NCBI GenBank assembly: GCA_965644295.1
Contig: CBFFRP010000247.1
Span: forward strand, 62,001 to 126,000
Source of the DNA: Paraphysomonas bandaiensis
Taxonomy: Eukaryota; Protista; Chrysophyceae
Direction of reading: 5' to 3'
DNA: 64,000 nt
The number at the start of each line of letters is the position of its first letter. The first letter of the stretch is position 1. The translations under genes and the position numbers were made by a program. Below the pieces are notes generated by a model. It saw nothing but the letters and a program-made list of their open reading frames with translations, had not been told where the DNA came from and ran no database searches. This document shows positions 1-12,004 of the stretch, piece after piece.

Positions 1-300
1 ATACATACATACATACACATACATACATACATACATACATACATACATACATACATACATACATACATACATACATACATACATACATACATACATACAT
101 ACATACATACATACATACATACATACATACATACATACATACATACATACATACATACATACATACATACATACATACATACATACATACATACATACAT
201 ACATACATACATACATACATACATACATACATACATACATACATACATACATACATACATACATACATACATACATACATACATACATACATACATACAT
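1..300. repeat. (ATAC)n microsatellite, truncated by the window start
   Basis: Near-perfect ATAC tetramer array, ~190 bp upstream of the EF-hand gene ATG. Confidence 0.99.
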
Positions 301-492
301 GTGGGATCTCTGGTGGGGTGTAGAGGTACGTGTACAGAGGTATCGTAGATTGCTTTGCGTTACATACGATACGTATCTAAACCATCAAGTCACTAGACTC
401 TAGCGCATATAGAACACCATATCACTTCATCATCATTCTCTGGCTGGTCTATACAGACAGTGCATGCCGTATCATTGTATCTGTTCTATTGA

Positions 493-945
493 ATGGTTTT
501 AACACGAGAAGAGATCGATTCATGCCGCAAGGCTTTTCTCTCATATGATAAAGACAGGAGCGGTTCGATTGATATCGATGAATTGAGGGCTATATTACAA
601 GTCATGAGATTGGAGCCCACTGAAGAAGAACTCAGAGCGATGCTAATGGATGTGGATGACACTAACAGCGGGGCGATAGACTTCACTGCATTCTTAAAGC
701 TAATTGAGACGTTGAAACAAAAGCTGTCTCATATAGATAATCATAGAGACATGACGAATGCATGGCAAGCATGTGGTGGGCTTGCGGCTAAAGGTGGACG
801 TGTGAGCAGAGATTCATTGGTCCAGATTATTCAAGAAGATTTTGGTCTTCTTATAGATGTTGATGAACTTCTCAAAGAAATTGATATCGATGACAATGGA
901 GATGTTGAATTCGAAGAGTTCAAGAAATTTTTTCAATTTGAGTAG
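493..945 (+). CDS. Calmodulin-like EF-hand protein, resembling flagellar outer-arm dynein 18-kDa light chain LC4
   Basis: EF loops DKDRSGSIDIDE, DDTNSGAIDFTA and DIDDNGDVEFEE. The degenerate third loop AWQACGGLAAKGGRVS resembles the AFVALGG..DK.G.I segment of LC4. Intronless, 150 aa. Confidence 0.75.
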   Translation: MVLTREEIDSCRKAFLSYDKDRSGSIDIDELRAILQVMRLEPTEEELRAMLMDVDDTNSGAIDFTAFLKLIETLKQKLSHIDNHRDMTNAWQACGGLAAKGGRVSRDSLVQIIQEDFGLLIDVDELLKEIDIDDNGDVEFEEFKKFFQFE

Positions 946-1762
946 TAAATGTTGAATGTCCTGTTTGGTGTTGTCTCTACGGTGTTCTCTAGACATACTC
1001 ACCTTTGCTGTTGCTTCGTTACGGAGGAAATATTATACTATGACACGCACATTATGTTTTGAGCAGTAGCTTTAGTCGTGCGTATAAATGGTCAAAAATT
1101 GATGTATGTATATTATTTAGTGTTTCAATTTCCCACCCTCGTCTTAGTTATTGCACTTTCATAAGTATTGTAACAAGCTAATTGACGGGTCATAGCACAC
1201 ATGGATCAACTCATCTTCTATCAAACCTATAGGGTGGTCAGAAAATGTGCTTGTTAATAGCAGTATGGTCGAAGAAACTCTCAATATCTTAATCTAAATT
1301 CAAGAAATATATATTAACAGTGTGACTATAGGGTGTAGTGTGTAGGGCCTGGTACATTTACATTTGCCAAGCACAACATAGACCTCTACTCTCTCCCTCT
1401 GCCATCTCGGATGTTTATATAGAAGCAACATCCCACCACCCTACAAACACCTGTTCACCCCTCAGATTTTAGTCCTCACCTTCCTTGACAGAAATAGGCG
1501 GGTAACACGTTACCTCGCAGGTGCTATTATGTATCGTGCAGATCAAGAAAAACATAAATTCGGCCTCCTTCTCTCAGTATACGCGCGGTTATATGTAACC
1601 ATGTATAGGCCACGCAAGTATTTGTCGATCTTGTTAGGGTTTGCTTAGTGCCGCACATAAAATAGGCAATAGACACTGAAAGAAAAAACGAGGGGAGAGG
1701 AGGGCGCAAGCCTCTTTTTAGTTACCAAACAAGATGTATGCATCGCTTAGATTAATCAACAC

Positions 1763-2027
1763 AATAAAGAATTGATCTTTATAATAGTAAAACAATGTTG
1801 TGATTATTAGAGTGTAAGTAATGAACACGATAGAGTGAAAATTATGAATAACAATATAGGACGTACTATCATGCACAACGGAATAGTTAGAAGTGTAACT
1901 GATAATGACGACGTTATGATGACGATCACGTATCTTCGACAGATACTCTCTCTAATTCAGTTCATGGTGTATTTCATTGAACATTATAACTCACAGATAC
2001 AATCATGTATTAAGCTGAATCCTAATA
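1763..2027 (-). repeat. 3' LTR of the Copia element
   Basis: Direct repeat of 7234-7498, preceded on the sense (-) strand by the polypurine tract TTGAGGGGGCG (2028-2038). Confidence 0.95.
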
Positions 2028-2228
2028 CGCCCCCTCAATGAAATAATCAGTGAACCGTAGATAATAGAGAGAATATGAACTTATGCACACTGAGAGTAAA
2101 AACCAGAGTAGCAGTCACTAGACAATAATAAGCGAACTGCAGAGATGCCATATTGTGAGACTATCCTTCTAGTCCAGCATCATGTATTGAATAAAAGTAA
2201 AAAAAAAATGGTAAAAACTCCGTGTAAC

Positions 2229-5200
2229 TCAAACTAGCCACCTAGGTCGCTTGTGGCTTGTTAATTGTGATTTAGGTGTCTCTGAGGTTGTTGATCGCTT
2301 CCTGTTGCTGCTGGATGGGATGTCGAACCCAGCTCCCCCCATCAATGTAGTTCGCAATTGAAGAAAATTAGTTGCTCCTAGTGGTTTCGTGAGAAGATCG
2401 GCTAACATTGACGTGGTGGGAATATGGTCAACAGTCAATTGGTTTTCGGCAATATTTTCTCGAATGAAATGATACCGTATCGCAATATGTTTCGTACGAC
2501 GATGATGAGTAGGATTGTAACATAATTGGACTGCCCCTTTATTATCGCACCAAATAGTTGTTGAGAATGGAAGTTTGAAACCAATTTCTGATAATAAAGA
2601 GCGTAGCCATAATGCTTCCTGAGCTGCTGACGATAGAGCCATATACTCAGCTTCAGTAGATGACAATGCCACAGTTGTCTGTAATCGAGATTGCCATGAT
2701 ATAAGACAATTACCTATGAAGAATGTAAAAGCTGTAGTGGACCGTCGAGTGAGGTGACATCGTGCCCAATCGCTATCGCAGTATCCTGACAATGTTATGT
2801 GGGATCCAGAATATATCAATCCTTGCTTAGCAGTGCCTTTGAGATACCTAAGAACATGTAGCGCAGCATTACAGGTAGTTAGATTAGGCATATCAGAGAA
2901 TCTGGCAAGAGTATTGACTGCATAGGCGATATCCGGTCGAGTGCATACAGCTAGATACATTAGTGAACCTATGAGTTCCTTGTAGGGGAAATTCTGAACA
3001 TAACTTTGATTTGACTCTGAAAGATGATTGTATTCATGTAAATCATAGTTGAAAGACAGTAACATAGGTGTTGACATGGGTTTACTGTTAGACATGTTGA
3101 ATTTGTCCAGTAACTTTCTGACGTACTGCTCCTGACTGAGAGTCGTGATATTTTTGTCAAAATCTTGATGAATGGAGATGCCCAAGTAATAGTCTAGGAG
3201 TCCGAGATCCGTAATTTCGAACTTTTTGGATAAATGGTCTTTGAATTGTTGGATATCAGTGTCGGATGTAGATGCTATAATAATATCATCCACATACATG
3301 GCTATTAGCATAATCCTGCCATTAATCTGCTTTTTGAATATACACGGGTCAGATATTAGTCTGGTGAAACCCATATCTAGCATAAAATTTGTACAGCACT
3401 TATACCAGTTAAGACCTGCTTGCTTTAGACCGTAGATGCTTTTCATCAGTTTGAGGACTTTTCCGTCAGGGACGTCCATGCCAGGAGGGGGATACATGTA
3501 TATGTCCTCTTCGAGGTCAGCATTGATGTACGCAGTTGTGAAATCGATTTGGTGCAATTTGAGTTTCATAATAGTCGAAAGGGCAATAATTGTACGTAGT
3601 GATGTAGCCTTTGCGACGGGGCTGTATGTATCATTGTAATCGATGCCTTGGATTTGAGTAAAACCCTGTGCGACTAGTCGAGCCTTGAATTTGATATCAT
3701 TCTGTTTTCTTTTTATTTTGAATATGAGTTTCCCCTTTATGGCTCTTGCTCCAGGTGGTAACGCAGTGTATCTCCAGCATCCTTTCCTCTGAAGAGTGGA
3801 TATTTCTCTATTGATGGCATCGATCCACTGCTGTTTATATTTACCTGAAATAGCATCTTGAACACTCTTTGGTGTATCGGTTAGCTCGTCAATGTCATCG
3901 CAATTACTGATAGCATGCATAACAATATCAATATTGTTTGTATGTAATTTTGATATACATTGTGTGTCATGTGCCATATGATTTAATACATGTTTAGCGT
4001 TTACATCACATGTATATACACCATCACCAAGTTTATGTATATTTACAATTACCCGTTTCCTGGCCATTCTCCTGCTTCGGAGAACACTCTTTCTACCAGC
4101 TAAAAATTGTTGTTTTGCTGTAGCACGGACCTTACTTGGCCCTTCAGGTGTACCCTGATTTTCCCAATCTCCCGATGAATCAGCAGACTTGTTACCGCGT
4201 TTGGCCATACGCTGGTGCACACGATCCACTTGACCGTGTGGTGCCGGATTCGGCACTAGATTCCCATTGAATTGTTTCGGAGGGCGAGTCTTCGCTATCT
4301 TTGCATCGGAGTGGGTAGGTTCACACCGATGGCTGCTGATTCTCTCCTGCGCGGCATCATGATGTCTGAGATTCTCGCCACTCCCCCTGGAAGTAGCGGC
4401 TGGCGCTGGAGATCCAATAACTGTATCGGGGTCTTGATCTGATTTGCTGGATTTATGTATTGGGGTTTTCGATCGAGACGTAATACATTTGAGACCAACT
4501 GCTTTGAGTTCTATGTATTCTTCAGTGTACTTTTCGACGTCTGCAGCATGAATAGGGTCGTCGAGCTGGATGAGTCGTGTCTTGTCACCACTGTCATCGA
4601 CTAGACCACGATACGCTGCGATTAATCCTTTTCTGAGCTTTATTTGAGTCGTTACATATGTTAATCCATCGTCTGGATCTACATGAGCTAGACCTATGAG
4701 ATATATGAAACTTTCTACTGTCCTGGAGGTCTCATTCTCTCTGAAGATCTCATTTATCTCCTTAAAATATCTCTTATCCGCTGGTGGAACACATTCGTTG
4801 AAAAATACATGTCCTGACATAACAAAATCTCTTAATGCGGGAACAAAGACTATATATCCAGGACCATCCTCTCGATAGCCCATAAAATACCCAGGCCAGC
4901 TATGTCTGTCCCAATTGTTCTTTCGGAGACTGGAATCGATATTCACAAAGCATTTACATCCCCATATTCTGGCATAACTCAAGTCTGGTATTTCGTTTTC
5001 GATAAACTGAAGTGGAGACATAAATCCTTTAGCTGTTTGACACGGTAACCTGTTCTTGATGTGTATTGTCGCCCTTGAGGCTTGTTCCCAGAAATTCGGT
5101 GGGAGTCCAGAGTCGATAAGGCTGCTGAGTGCTCGTTCTTTTGTTGTCCGCCATGATCGCTCTTGGAATGGGTTATCCTCGGGGGTATACGGAGAGTTGA

Positions 5201-7223
5201 AAGTCCATGTAGCCCCTATTGATTGAAGATACTCTAGAACTTTTCTTGATACCAGTTCCTTCCCGCCATCCGCATGATAATGTTGTAGGCGTTTGCCTTT
5301 ACTATGTAGATACATGACAACTTTCTGGATGGATTGGATGACGAAATCTTCATCTCTCGTTGGTCCGTAGGAGTCCCATTGGTGTCTGGAAGCTACATCT
5401 GTCATCCCGAGTATGTAACGGTTGCCAGTAATGATTGCCTCCGGTGCATGGGGTCCAGAAAAATCGGCTACTACTAGCTCCCCCAGCTCATTCGCTCTTC
5501 TTACACGCTTGAGCAGCATTTGTCTGATAGCGTGTCTATGTTTTCGGCGATGAGATTTACCACTAGCACAACCATCACATAGGCCACCCGGTAAAGAAGT
5601 AGCATTCATCTCCGACTTCGTTAACTTAATACCCGTTACTAATTTTGACTGTACAGCTTTCTGTATGAGTCCAATTGAAGAATGTGCCAATCTCTTATGT
5701 GCTAGAGTTGCGAGTGGGCCTGAAGCGGTTGAAGCAAGGTGGGATTCGTCAATAGGAGTACCGAGGTCTGTTAACGGAATTTCATATAGGCCTCCAACTC
5801 TCTTACCCTTTGATAGCAGTATTTCATCTTTATATATCTCAACTGATTGGTTTCCAAACAAGATTTTATACCCTAGGTCATCTAATTGGCTGATGGACAC
5901 GAGTGTCCTCGAAGCATGTTCCACGTGCTTGCACTTGGGGATAATACCAAGTCTTCCATGTCCTGAAGAGGTCATAGTTGATCCTGACTTAGCTGTTTGA
6001 ATGTCGGTGAGGCATTCCTCATAATTGGTGATGTATCCGGCTTCAGGTGTGATGGAGACTGTGCAGCCAGAATCAAGGGTCCCCATTCCGGCTTCTTGAT
6101 CAAAAACGAAGTTCGTTTCGTCGTTTGTTGGATATCCGACTCCTCCGAAGTCTCGTCCTTTCTGTTGTAATGGACCACTGTCTTCATAATCTGCAAACTG
6201 GTCGGAGTCGTCGTTTTCAGTGCTCTGGTGGGTCTGGAATCTAACTTTTTTGAATTTCCTACTGGTTGATTTGTTTCCAGAGGAACTCTTCATTTGTTGG
6301 ATTCTTTCCCATGAGTGTTTGCATTCTGAAGCGATGTGTCCTTTTCCATCGCATCGGAAACACTTAATGTCCTTGTCAGTTCTCTTGTCATGTTTCGGTT
6401 TATTGGAACGGTTTCTGAAAGATGTCCCCTTTTTGCGCTTGGAATTCACTTTACTTTTGAAAAATGGGGGTTTTGAGGCTGCAAGCTGAATACTGTCGGT
6501 TTTTGTTTCTTCGTTGCTTGACAAGAGCATTCCAACAGACGAGCTTCCTAATCCGCGTAGTCTGCGTATGAGTGTTTTGTAGTCATCGATAGGGTGCATC
6601 TGCAGGTTGATCGCCAGTTCACGATACGTCATATTTTCTTTGGATACCAGGCCTTGTCGAATGCGTGATATGAGATCTTGGTCACTTATCCGATGACCAT
6701 AATTAATCAGCTTGTTTCGGAGCTTTTCGACAGCGTCAAGAAAGTTGATTATCGACTGACCTTTTTTGATTTTTATGCTCTGAAACTGGCCAATCAGATC
6801 AGTGATGACGTCGTTAGTCGTTTTTTCTTTGAAATGGTTGAGCAAGTCCGTCCAGGCGGTTTTACCGTCTCCATCGGGGACGTTCTCCAAAATCCCCTCA
6901 GCCTCTTCATTCTGACCAATGATAGAGCTTGCAATGACTGACCATAGGTAGTTATTACCTTCATCATAATATCGTTTTGCATCCTGATACTGTTCGAGTC
7001 GATACTGGTAGTCCTCGTCATCTGAGTTTTCTCCTGCTTCAGGCTCAATTGGGTGATCGTTCTGTAGAGTATAAACGATTTTAGGCTTGCGATAGAACCA
7101 TGCACGGCACTTCTTCTGCCACCTGGAGAAGTTCTTCGCATCGAATTTTGGCATTGAGTCCTTTCGCTTGTCGGTTGTCGAATCCGAGTCGGTTGAGTCG
7201 TAACTTGTAACTTTAACTGACAT
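2229..7223 (-). CDS. Copia Gag-Pol polyprotein (1664 aa; gag-PR-INT-RT-RH)
   Basis: Zn knuckle CFRCDGKGHIASEC; protease LDSGCT; HKRLAH...CDGC; integrase VVADFSG/HADGGKE/NPFQER; RT KARLVAQGF, YGLKQAG, YVDD; RNase H YCDSDWA, EAEYMA, CDN. Confidence 0.98.
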   Translation of the reverse strand: MSVKVTSYDSTDSDSTTDKRKDSMPKFDAKNFSRWQKKCRAWFYRKPKIVYTLQNDHPIEPEAGENSDDEDYQYRLEQYQDAKRYYDEGNNYLWSVIASSIIGQNEEAEGILENVPDGDGKTAWTDLLNHFKEKTTNDVITDLIGQFQSIKIKKGQSIINFLDAVEKLRNKLINYGHRISDQDLISRIRQGLVSKENMTYRELAINLQMHPIDDYKTLIRRLRGLGSSSVGMLLSSNEETKTDSIQLAASKPPFFKSKVNSKRKKGTSFRNRSNKPKHDKRTDKDIKCFRCDGKGHIASECKHSWERIQQMKSSSGNKSTSRKFKKVRFQTHQSTENDDSDQFADYEDSGPLQQKGRDFGGVGYPTNDETNFVFDQEAGMGTLDSGCTVSITPEAGYITNYEECLTDIQTAKSGSTMTSSGHGRLGIIPKCKHVEHASRTLVSISQLDDLGYKILFGNQSVEIYKDEILLSKGKRVGGLYEIPLTDLGTPIDESHLASTASGPLATLAHKRLAHSSIGLIQKAVQSKLVTGIKLTKSEMNATSLPGGLCDGCASGKSHRRKHRHAIRQMLLKRVRRANELGELVVADFSGPHAPEAIITGNRYILGMTDVASRHQWDSYGPTRDEDFVIQSIQKVVMYLHSKGKRLQHYHADGGKELVSRKVLEYLQSIGATWTFNSPYTPEDNPFQERSWRTTKERALSSLIDSGLPPNFWEQASRATIHIKNRLPCQTAKGFMSPLQFIENEIPDLSYARIWGCKCFVNIDSSLRKNNWDRHSWPGYFMGYREDGPGYIVFVPALRDFVMSGHVFFNECVPPADKRYFKEINEIFRENETSRTVESFIYLIGLAHVDPDDGLTYVTTQIKLRKGLIAAYRGLVDDSGDKTRLIQLDDPIHAADVEKYTEEYIELKAVGLKCITSRSKTPIHKSSKSDQDPDTVIGSPAPAATSRGSGENLRHHDAAQERISSHRCEPTHSDAKIAKTRPPKQFNGNLVPNPAPHGQVDRVHQRMAKRGNKSADSSGDWENQGTPEGPSKVRATAKQQFLAGRKSVLRSRRMARKRVIVNIHKLGDGVYTCDVNAKHVLNHMAHDTQCISKLHTNNIDIVMHAISNCDDIDELTDTPKSVQDAISGKYKQQWIDAINREISTLQRKGCWRYTALPPGARAIKGKLIFKIKRKQNDIKFKARLVAQGFTQIQGIDYNDTYSPVAKATSLRTIIALSTIMKLKLHQIDFTTAYINADLEEDIYMYPPPGMDVPDGKVLKLMKSIYGLKQAGLNWYKCCTNFMLDMGFTRLISDPCIFKKQINGRIMLIAMYVDDIIIASTSDTDIQQFKDHLSKKFEITDLGLLDYYLGISIHQDFDKNITTLSQEQYVRKLLDKFNMSNSKPMSTPMLLSFNYDLHEYNHLSESNQSYVQNFPYKELIGSLMYLAVCTRPDIAYAVNTLARFSDMPNLTTCNAALHVLRYLKGTAKQGLIYSGSHITLSGYCDSDWARCHLTRRSTTAFTFFIGNCLISWQSRLQTTVALSSTEAEYMALSSAAQEALWLRSLLSEIGFKLPFSTTIWCDNKGAVQLCYNPTHHRRTKHIAIRYHFIRENIAENQLTVDHIPTTSMLADLLTKPLGATNFLQLRTTLMGGAGFDIPSSSNRKRSTTSETPKSQLTSHKRPRWLV

Positions 7224-7233
7224 CTCGCTACCA
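7224..7233 (-). other. Primer binding site (initiator-Met tRNA-like)
   Basis: TGGTAGCGAG directly after the 5' LTR and directly before the gag ATG; resembles Ty1-type TGGTAGCG PBSs. Confidence 0.75.
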
Positions 7234-7498
7234 AATAAAGAATTGATCTTTATAATAGTAAAACAATGTTGTGATTATTAGAGTGTAAGTAATGAACACG
7301 ATAGAGTGAAAATTATGAATAACAATATAGGACGTACTATCATGCACAACGGAATAGTTAGAAGTGTAACTGATAATGACGACGTTATGATGACGATCAC
7401 GTATCTTCGACAGATACTCTCTCTAATTCAGTTCATGGTGTATTTCATTGAACATTATAACTCACAGATACAATCATGTATTAAGCTGAATCCTAATA
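7234..7498 (-). repeat. 5' LTR of the Copia element
   Basis: Direct repeat of 1763-2027. Confidence 0.95.
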
Positions 7499-7656
7499 AA
7501 CACAATCATTACATTAGGGTTCGCCCTCAATGATGCTTGATATAATACTATTTCGATGGAACTATTAACTGTACATGCATTACGCAATAAACTGTATATT
7601 ATATATGTGGGAGATTTCCACAAACGTATAACACTATTCGCAGTGTATAAAAATTT

Positions 7657-9009
7657 TTACAAAAACATCGGCAACTCTTCACCCACGTAAAAGCGCATAC
7701 CAGGTTTGCTGCCATGTATTCCAAACCTCAGATTCAGCGACTCTCTACTATGATTGGCATTGTTTCCCTCCGCCCTTTTTTTCTTCCCAAGAGAATTCTT
7801 TCCTTGTTCCTCGTCTTTCATAGCCAGAACTGCCGAGGACGGCTTGCTTCGTCTACCCAGCTCACAGAGAACACCATGATCGAAGGAATTTCGAGCAGCA
7901 TCCGAGAGAACATACATATCTCCCTGAGGAGCATCAAATACCCATGCTCTGGGACGCGCCCCTGCCTCATCAGGAAGAAGTAAAACTCTTCCTGACTCCC
8001 GTATGCAGACCGTAACAATGACAACTCCGAATCCATCGTTTAGAGGGGCGTCCATGTGTGGTGGTAGGTGGTCCTGCCCGCTGTGCAGGTTTGGTTGCAG
8101 CGCTTGAAGATTTTCCAACGTTATACATTCTCTGTATTTCACCGGTACTGCCGCTGCAGCCCATTCTATAATCTCCTCGAGAGCTGCAATATGGGAAGGA
8201 GTGAGGTCAGACTCCGCGAGTCTAATACAGGAGGCCCAGTTGGATGCCTCATCTTTCTGCGCCTCTCTACCTCGCTTCTCAAATGCATGAAACCGTAGAC
8301 CTGCAGCTCGTAGAGCCGCCTTACCAAATTTACCAAAGCATGAAGGTAAAAATGCGTATCCCCGTTTCCGAGCGTCGCTCTCTGCAACTCCAGCCCAAGG
8401 TGTAAGGTGTCCACCGCGTCGTAGCATTCTTACAATAAGCGAGTGTAAAGATCGAATCCCTTTGAATCCCCCCTTGGACAACGATGCTCGACATAAACCA
8501 TGGGGAAAACTCGTTACACCTTTACTAGAATCCACCACCGCTCGACCAGCATTCTCTCCACTCTCATGGAACCTGATAAGCCGTGCAGACGGAGCAATCT
8601 GCTCCATCTCTTGTCGACTCTGTCGCTCTGCTGCTGTTACTTTCAATGGTAAATCTTCAGTTCCGGATGTTTTCTTCTTCTTCTGATTATTAGTTATGAA
8701 TTCCGAGTCGTCTATATGACTTATAGAGGTATCATCAGTCTTATATAGGGACCTCTTAAGTCGCCTCTGTTCACTCTTATTATGTCTCTCTGTGCAATGA
8801 GGACACATCCATATGCCACGAGGCTTATATCGATAGTTTATACCAAGACATTCCATATGAAACCATCCGTTACCGGGACATCTATCTCCATCACACCCGA
8901 TCATCTCGCCATCGCCATAGCCGCATATACAGTACAATACAGGGCCCTTATTAAGAGAGGAGGGAGAGAGAGAGGGGTCTTCTGAGGGGGAAGGGGAAGA
9001 GGATGTCAT
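7657..9009 (-). CDS. ING-type PHD finger fused to an AlkB-like 2OG-Fe(II) dioxygenase domain
   Basis: N-terminal C4HC3 motif YCIC...MIGCD..C...WFHMEC...WMCPHC; C-terminal HMD...H(GV)...RESLNLR (HxD..H..RxSxxxR). Confidence 0.8.
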   Translation of the reverse strand: MTSSSPSPSEDPSLSPSSLNKGPVLYCICGYGDGEMIGCDGDRCPGNGWFHMECLGINYRYKPRGIWMCPHCTERHNKSEQRRLKRSLYKTDDTSISHIDDSEFITNNQKKKKTSGTEDLPLKVTAAERQSRQEMEQIAPSARLIRFHESGENAGRAVVDSSKGVTSFPHGLCRASLSKGGFKGIRSLHSLIVRMLRRGGHLTPWAGVAESDARKRGYAFLPSCFGKFGKAALRAAGLRFHAFEKRGREAQKDEASNWASCIRLAESDLTPSHIAALEEIIEWAAAAVPVKYRECITLENLQALQPNLHSGQDHLPPHMDAPLNDGFGVVIVTVCIRESGRVLLLPDEAGARPRAWVFDAPQGDMYVLSDAARNSFDHGVLCELGRRSKPSSAVLAMKDEEQGKNSLGKKKRAEGNNANHSRESLNLRFGIHGSKPGMRFYVGEELPMFL

Positions 9010-12004
9010 TAGAAGGATAGATGTGTTACGTCGAGTCGAGAGATGAGAGATATCACTGTATATATAGGAATGAGCTTCTCGCTATGCCACACTGTGCGTG
9101 ATCTCCATACATACATACACAGTGTCCATATACCATATCGAGATGACAGGGTTTTTATATAGCATGCCATGATATACAACGAAATCCAGGGTTTTCAGTT
9201 GTATGTTGTCATAAACAATGAAAAAAGCGGTATTTTCCCACATAAATAGAATATCGTGCAGAATATCCGGATATTTATATATAGATATATTAAACTCAGC
9301 ACATCACTGCACTGATACATAGCAGTGTGTCTGACTATGCAATTAGAGGATTGCATTGCAACAGGAAATGAGAATAAATGACACAGTAGATCATTAGAAT
9401 GGTGACAATAGAGAAGCTAGCTGAACTGTTAGTGATATGGGGGCCAGCAGAGGCCTCATACGCCATACGCCATACACAGCATGCACTGACCGTTACACTC
9501 ACACAATTACGATACGTAACTGCATACATGCATCTCAGGTCTTCTATGCTATCAGATAATGACAAGTAACTATCACTCAGGTCTGTTATCGATAGTTTAA
9601 CATGAACTGATGATATGGTATGCTAAGATATGAGCTGCACTGTAGGAGTGAAACTGATTTATGTTGACGTGTATGGTTGTGATTTATAAGATCTGATGAT
9701 ATTGAGTGGTAGTAGTGAAAGTATACATTCCGTGAATGACTATGAATGATGAGAGATGTTGATCACAGTTTGAATAATGATTATTGAGTGTGCTAATAGT
9801 TCAGTGTTCAGTTAATTGACACCATTCTACGAATGTCAATTTGGGATACGGATTTCAATTACTCCAACTAAAACTATTCTGCCATTGAAAGTTAATTGTA
9901 TAGTTAAAATTACTGGAACTCTTTCCTATGACTAGGGTTTACTTTGTCATTATGCACACTTCTACCCAGGGCTGGGGAACAATATATTGTATCGTAATAT
10001 ATTATAGTAATATATAGCAACTACTACGTACCAAAAGCTTCTTGATTAATATATTCATTGATCATGGATAATCACTATCATCATGGCATTGATAAGCATG
10101 TAAGTACATCTAGTATAGCAAATGATAATAGTAACCAATAACAAGCAGCCACTCGCAATTGAACATCTGGCATGAAATGTGTTCGAATTGGACATTTCAC
10201 TGAAGTTAACTTTGCTCTACACGTAAACCGTAACCTTGCTCTGTTGAACACAATGCACTTTCAAGTAAGAAATTATGATTATTATTCTGAGCACTTCACT
10301 ACATATTCGTGTAACGTATGTTGAAACATCTGTTCTTAGCAACATCTGTTTATCATATGTTCATCAGTCAGTTCTATATCTTGTATAGTCACACATCAGT
10401 AACTGAATTTAATTCCTTTGTAACTATAATCACCCGTTACACCTATGAGTTGACTTTACCTATTGCACACTGTTAACTCACTTCAATTGCACAATATATA
10501 TCACATCATATTGCAGAACTCAACAAAATGACAGTGCAACTATATCCCGCACTGTAAACATATATGAATGGGCAGAGTAGAGTATCGAAGATAATCTTCC
10601 ATTCAATTTCTGTCCCATTGTTGATTCACAACTATCTAGATCTACAGATTCGTTGTTGGCGTAATAATTGTTCTGGACAGATTATATCTTATATATTATA
10701 CTTGGCAGAATCTCCTATGTTGTCAGAGTCGGGTGCATGATCAACAAGCTCCTCACAACATAGAAATGAATACTACAAGCACTAATCGCGCAGTTAATTC
10801 ACTTGCTAATAGTTTCAGGGTCCTCATGAGGAAGCATGTTTTCTCTCGAAAGTATATATCGACAATTTCAAAAATCCAACTGATGTAAGTATCCTTATCA
10901 AGATCTTTCTTGTGCTTGCTATATGTAAGGCGATTGGCACATTGTCGGTAGGTCTCATCGTGCACACCTCCAGACCTAAATAATTTCGATTCTTGCGTAT
11001 GATCCATACGCTGAATTTCAATTGATCACCCATAACTGACAGGACTACAATCCGCTATCATATCAAAGCTGGACAGTAGGATGGTGAATACTTAAGTTAC
11101 TGAAAGTTGAACTCATTAGATATAGTTATATATATAACCACATAGCCACTTTTTTCCCGAGTTTTAAAATTGAGACAAGAGACGACACTTCTAATCCCTA
11201 GGTTAAATTGTAGTTTATCCTCATATTTTTTGAAATTCTAATGTATCTAGAATGTATAGGTATATGTATCTTGCTTGATGTTCAAGGAAATACGTGTCAA
11301 TTATTTATTAACATTAGGGGAAAAAATGAAAAACCAAATTATCGTTTCAAATCAATGACAGTACATAAGGGAATGACATTTGGACGAGATAACTCAAGCT
11401 AATATACCCCCGAATTTCAATAATGTAGCTGCAACAAATATATACTCCCTCCACAGAAGAATACTGAGGGCATAGCAACTGCGAGGCATTGACTTTCATA
11501 CAAAAAAGTGATGATGAATGTGAAAAATTGTAATTGCATGAAGCTTCTTGTTGTCATTTGCATCATTATCACATTTATGTACAATACGCTTATCCTCTGC
11601 TAGTGCAACTGACTCTAATGATGTGTATATGATATGACACACACAATCCACAAGAGAAACATAATACACACAACGACAACGAAAACATTTTGTCGTCGTT
11701 GTGTGTGTGTAAGGACTGGGAACCCCTACTCCTAACCACCTCAATACAGCATAAGTTGTTTTGAAGTTCAGGTTATAAATGACGCACTGACATCATAATG
11801 ATCTTCTACATCGTCAGACGAAGGATGGAATACAACTTGGAGTGCTTGATAATCTGCTTTTGATAGTTGACTCATGATTGCGTTTTCTTTACATAATTGT
11901 GTAATATAATGAAATCACATACATAATATGGCTAATTAAAATATGTATAGAAGTGATCTTTTGTTTAACCGAATATTGAAGTTGAATGTGTATTTGCCCG
12001 GTGC

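Larger units (their letters stand above)
1763..7498 (-). mobile_element. Full-length Ty1/Copia LTR retrotransposon
   Basis: Two apparently identical ~265-bp LTRs (1763-2027, 7234-7498). Target duplication AACAC at 1758-1762 and 7499-7503. PBS and PPT present; single intact gag-pol ORF. Confidence 0.97.

Noticed and set aside
1343-1356. TAGGGCCTGGTAC, similar to the hAT TIR
   Set aside because: No partner TIR or TSD found
1835-2041. Duplicated 68/75-aa ORFs at 1835 and 7306
   Set aside because: GTG-started chance frames inside the LTRs; the duplication is explained by the LTRs
7521-7534. CGCCCTCAATGA just outside the 5' LTR, resembling the PPT region at 2028-2041
   Set aside because: Too short to distinguish from chance, and no further homology follows
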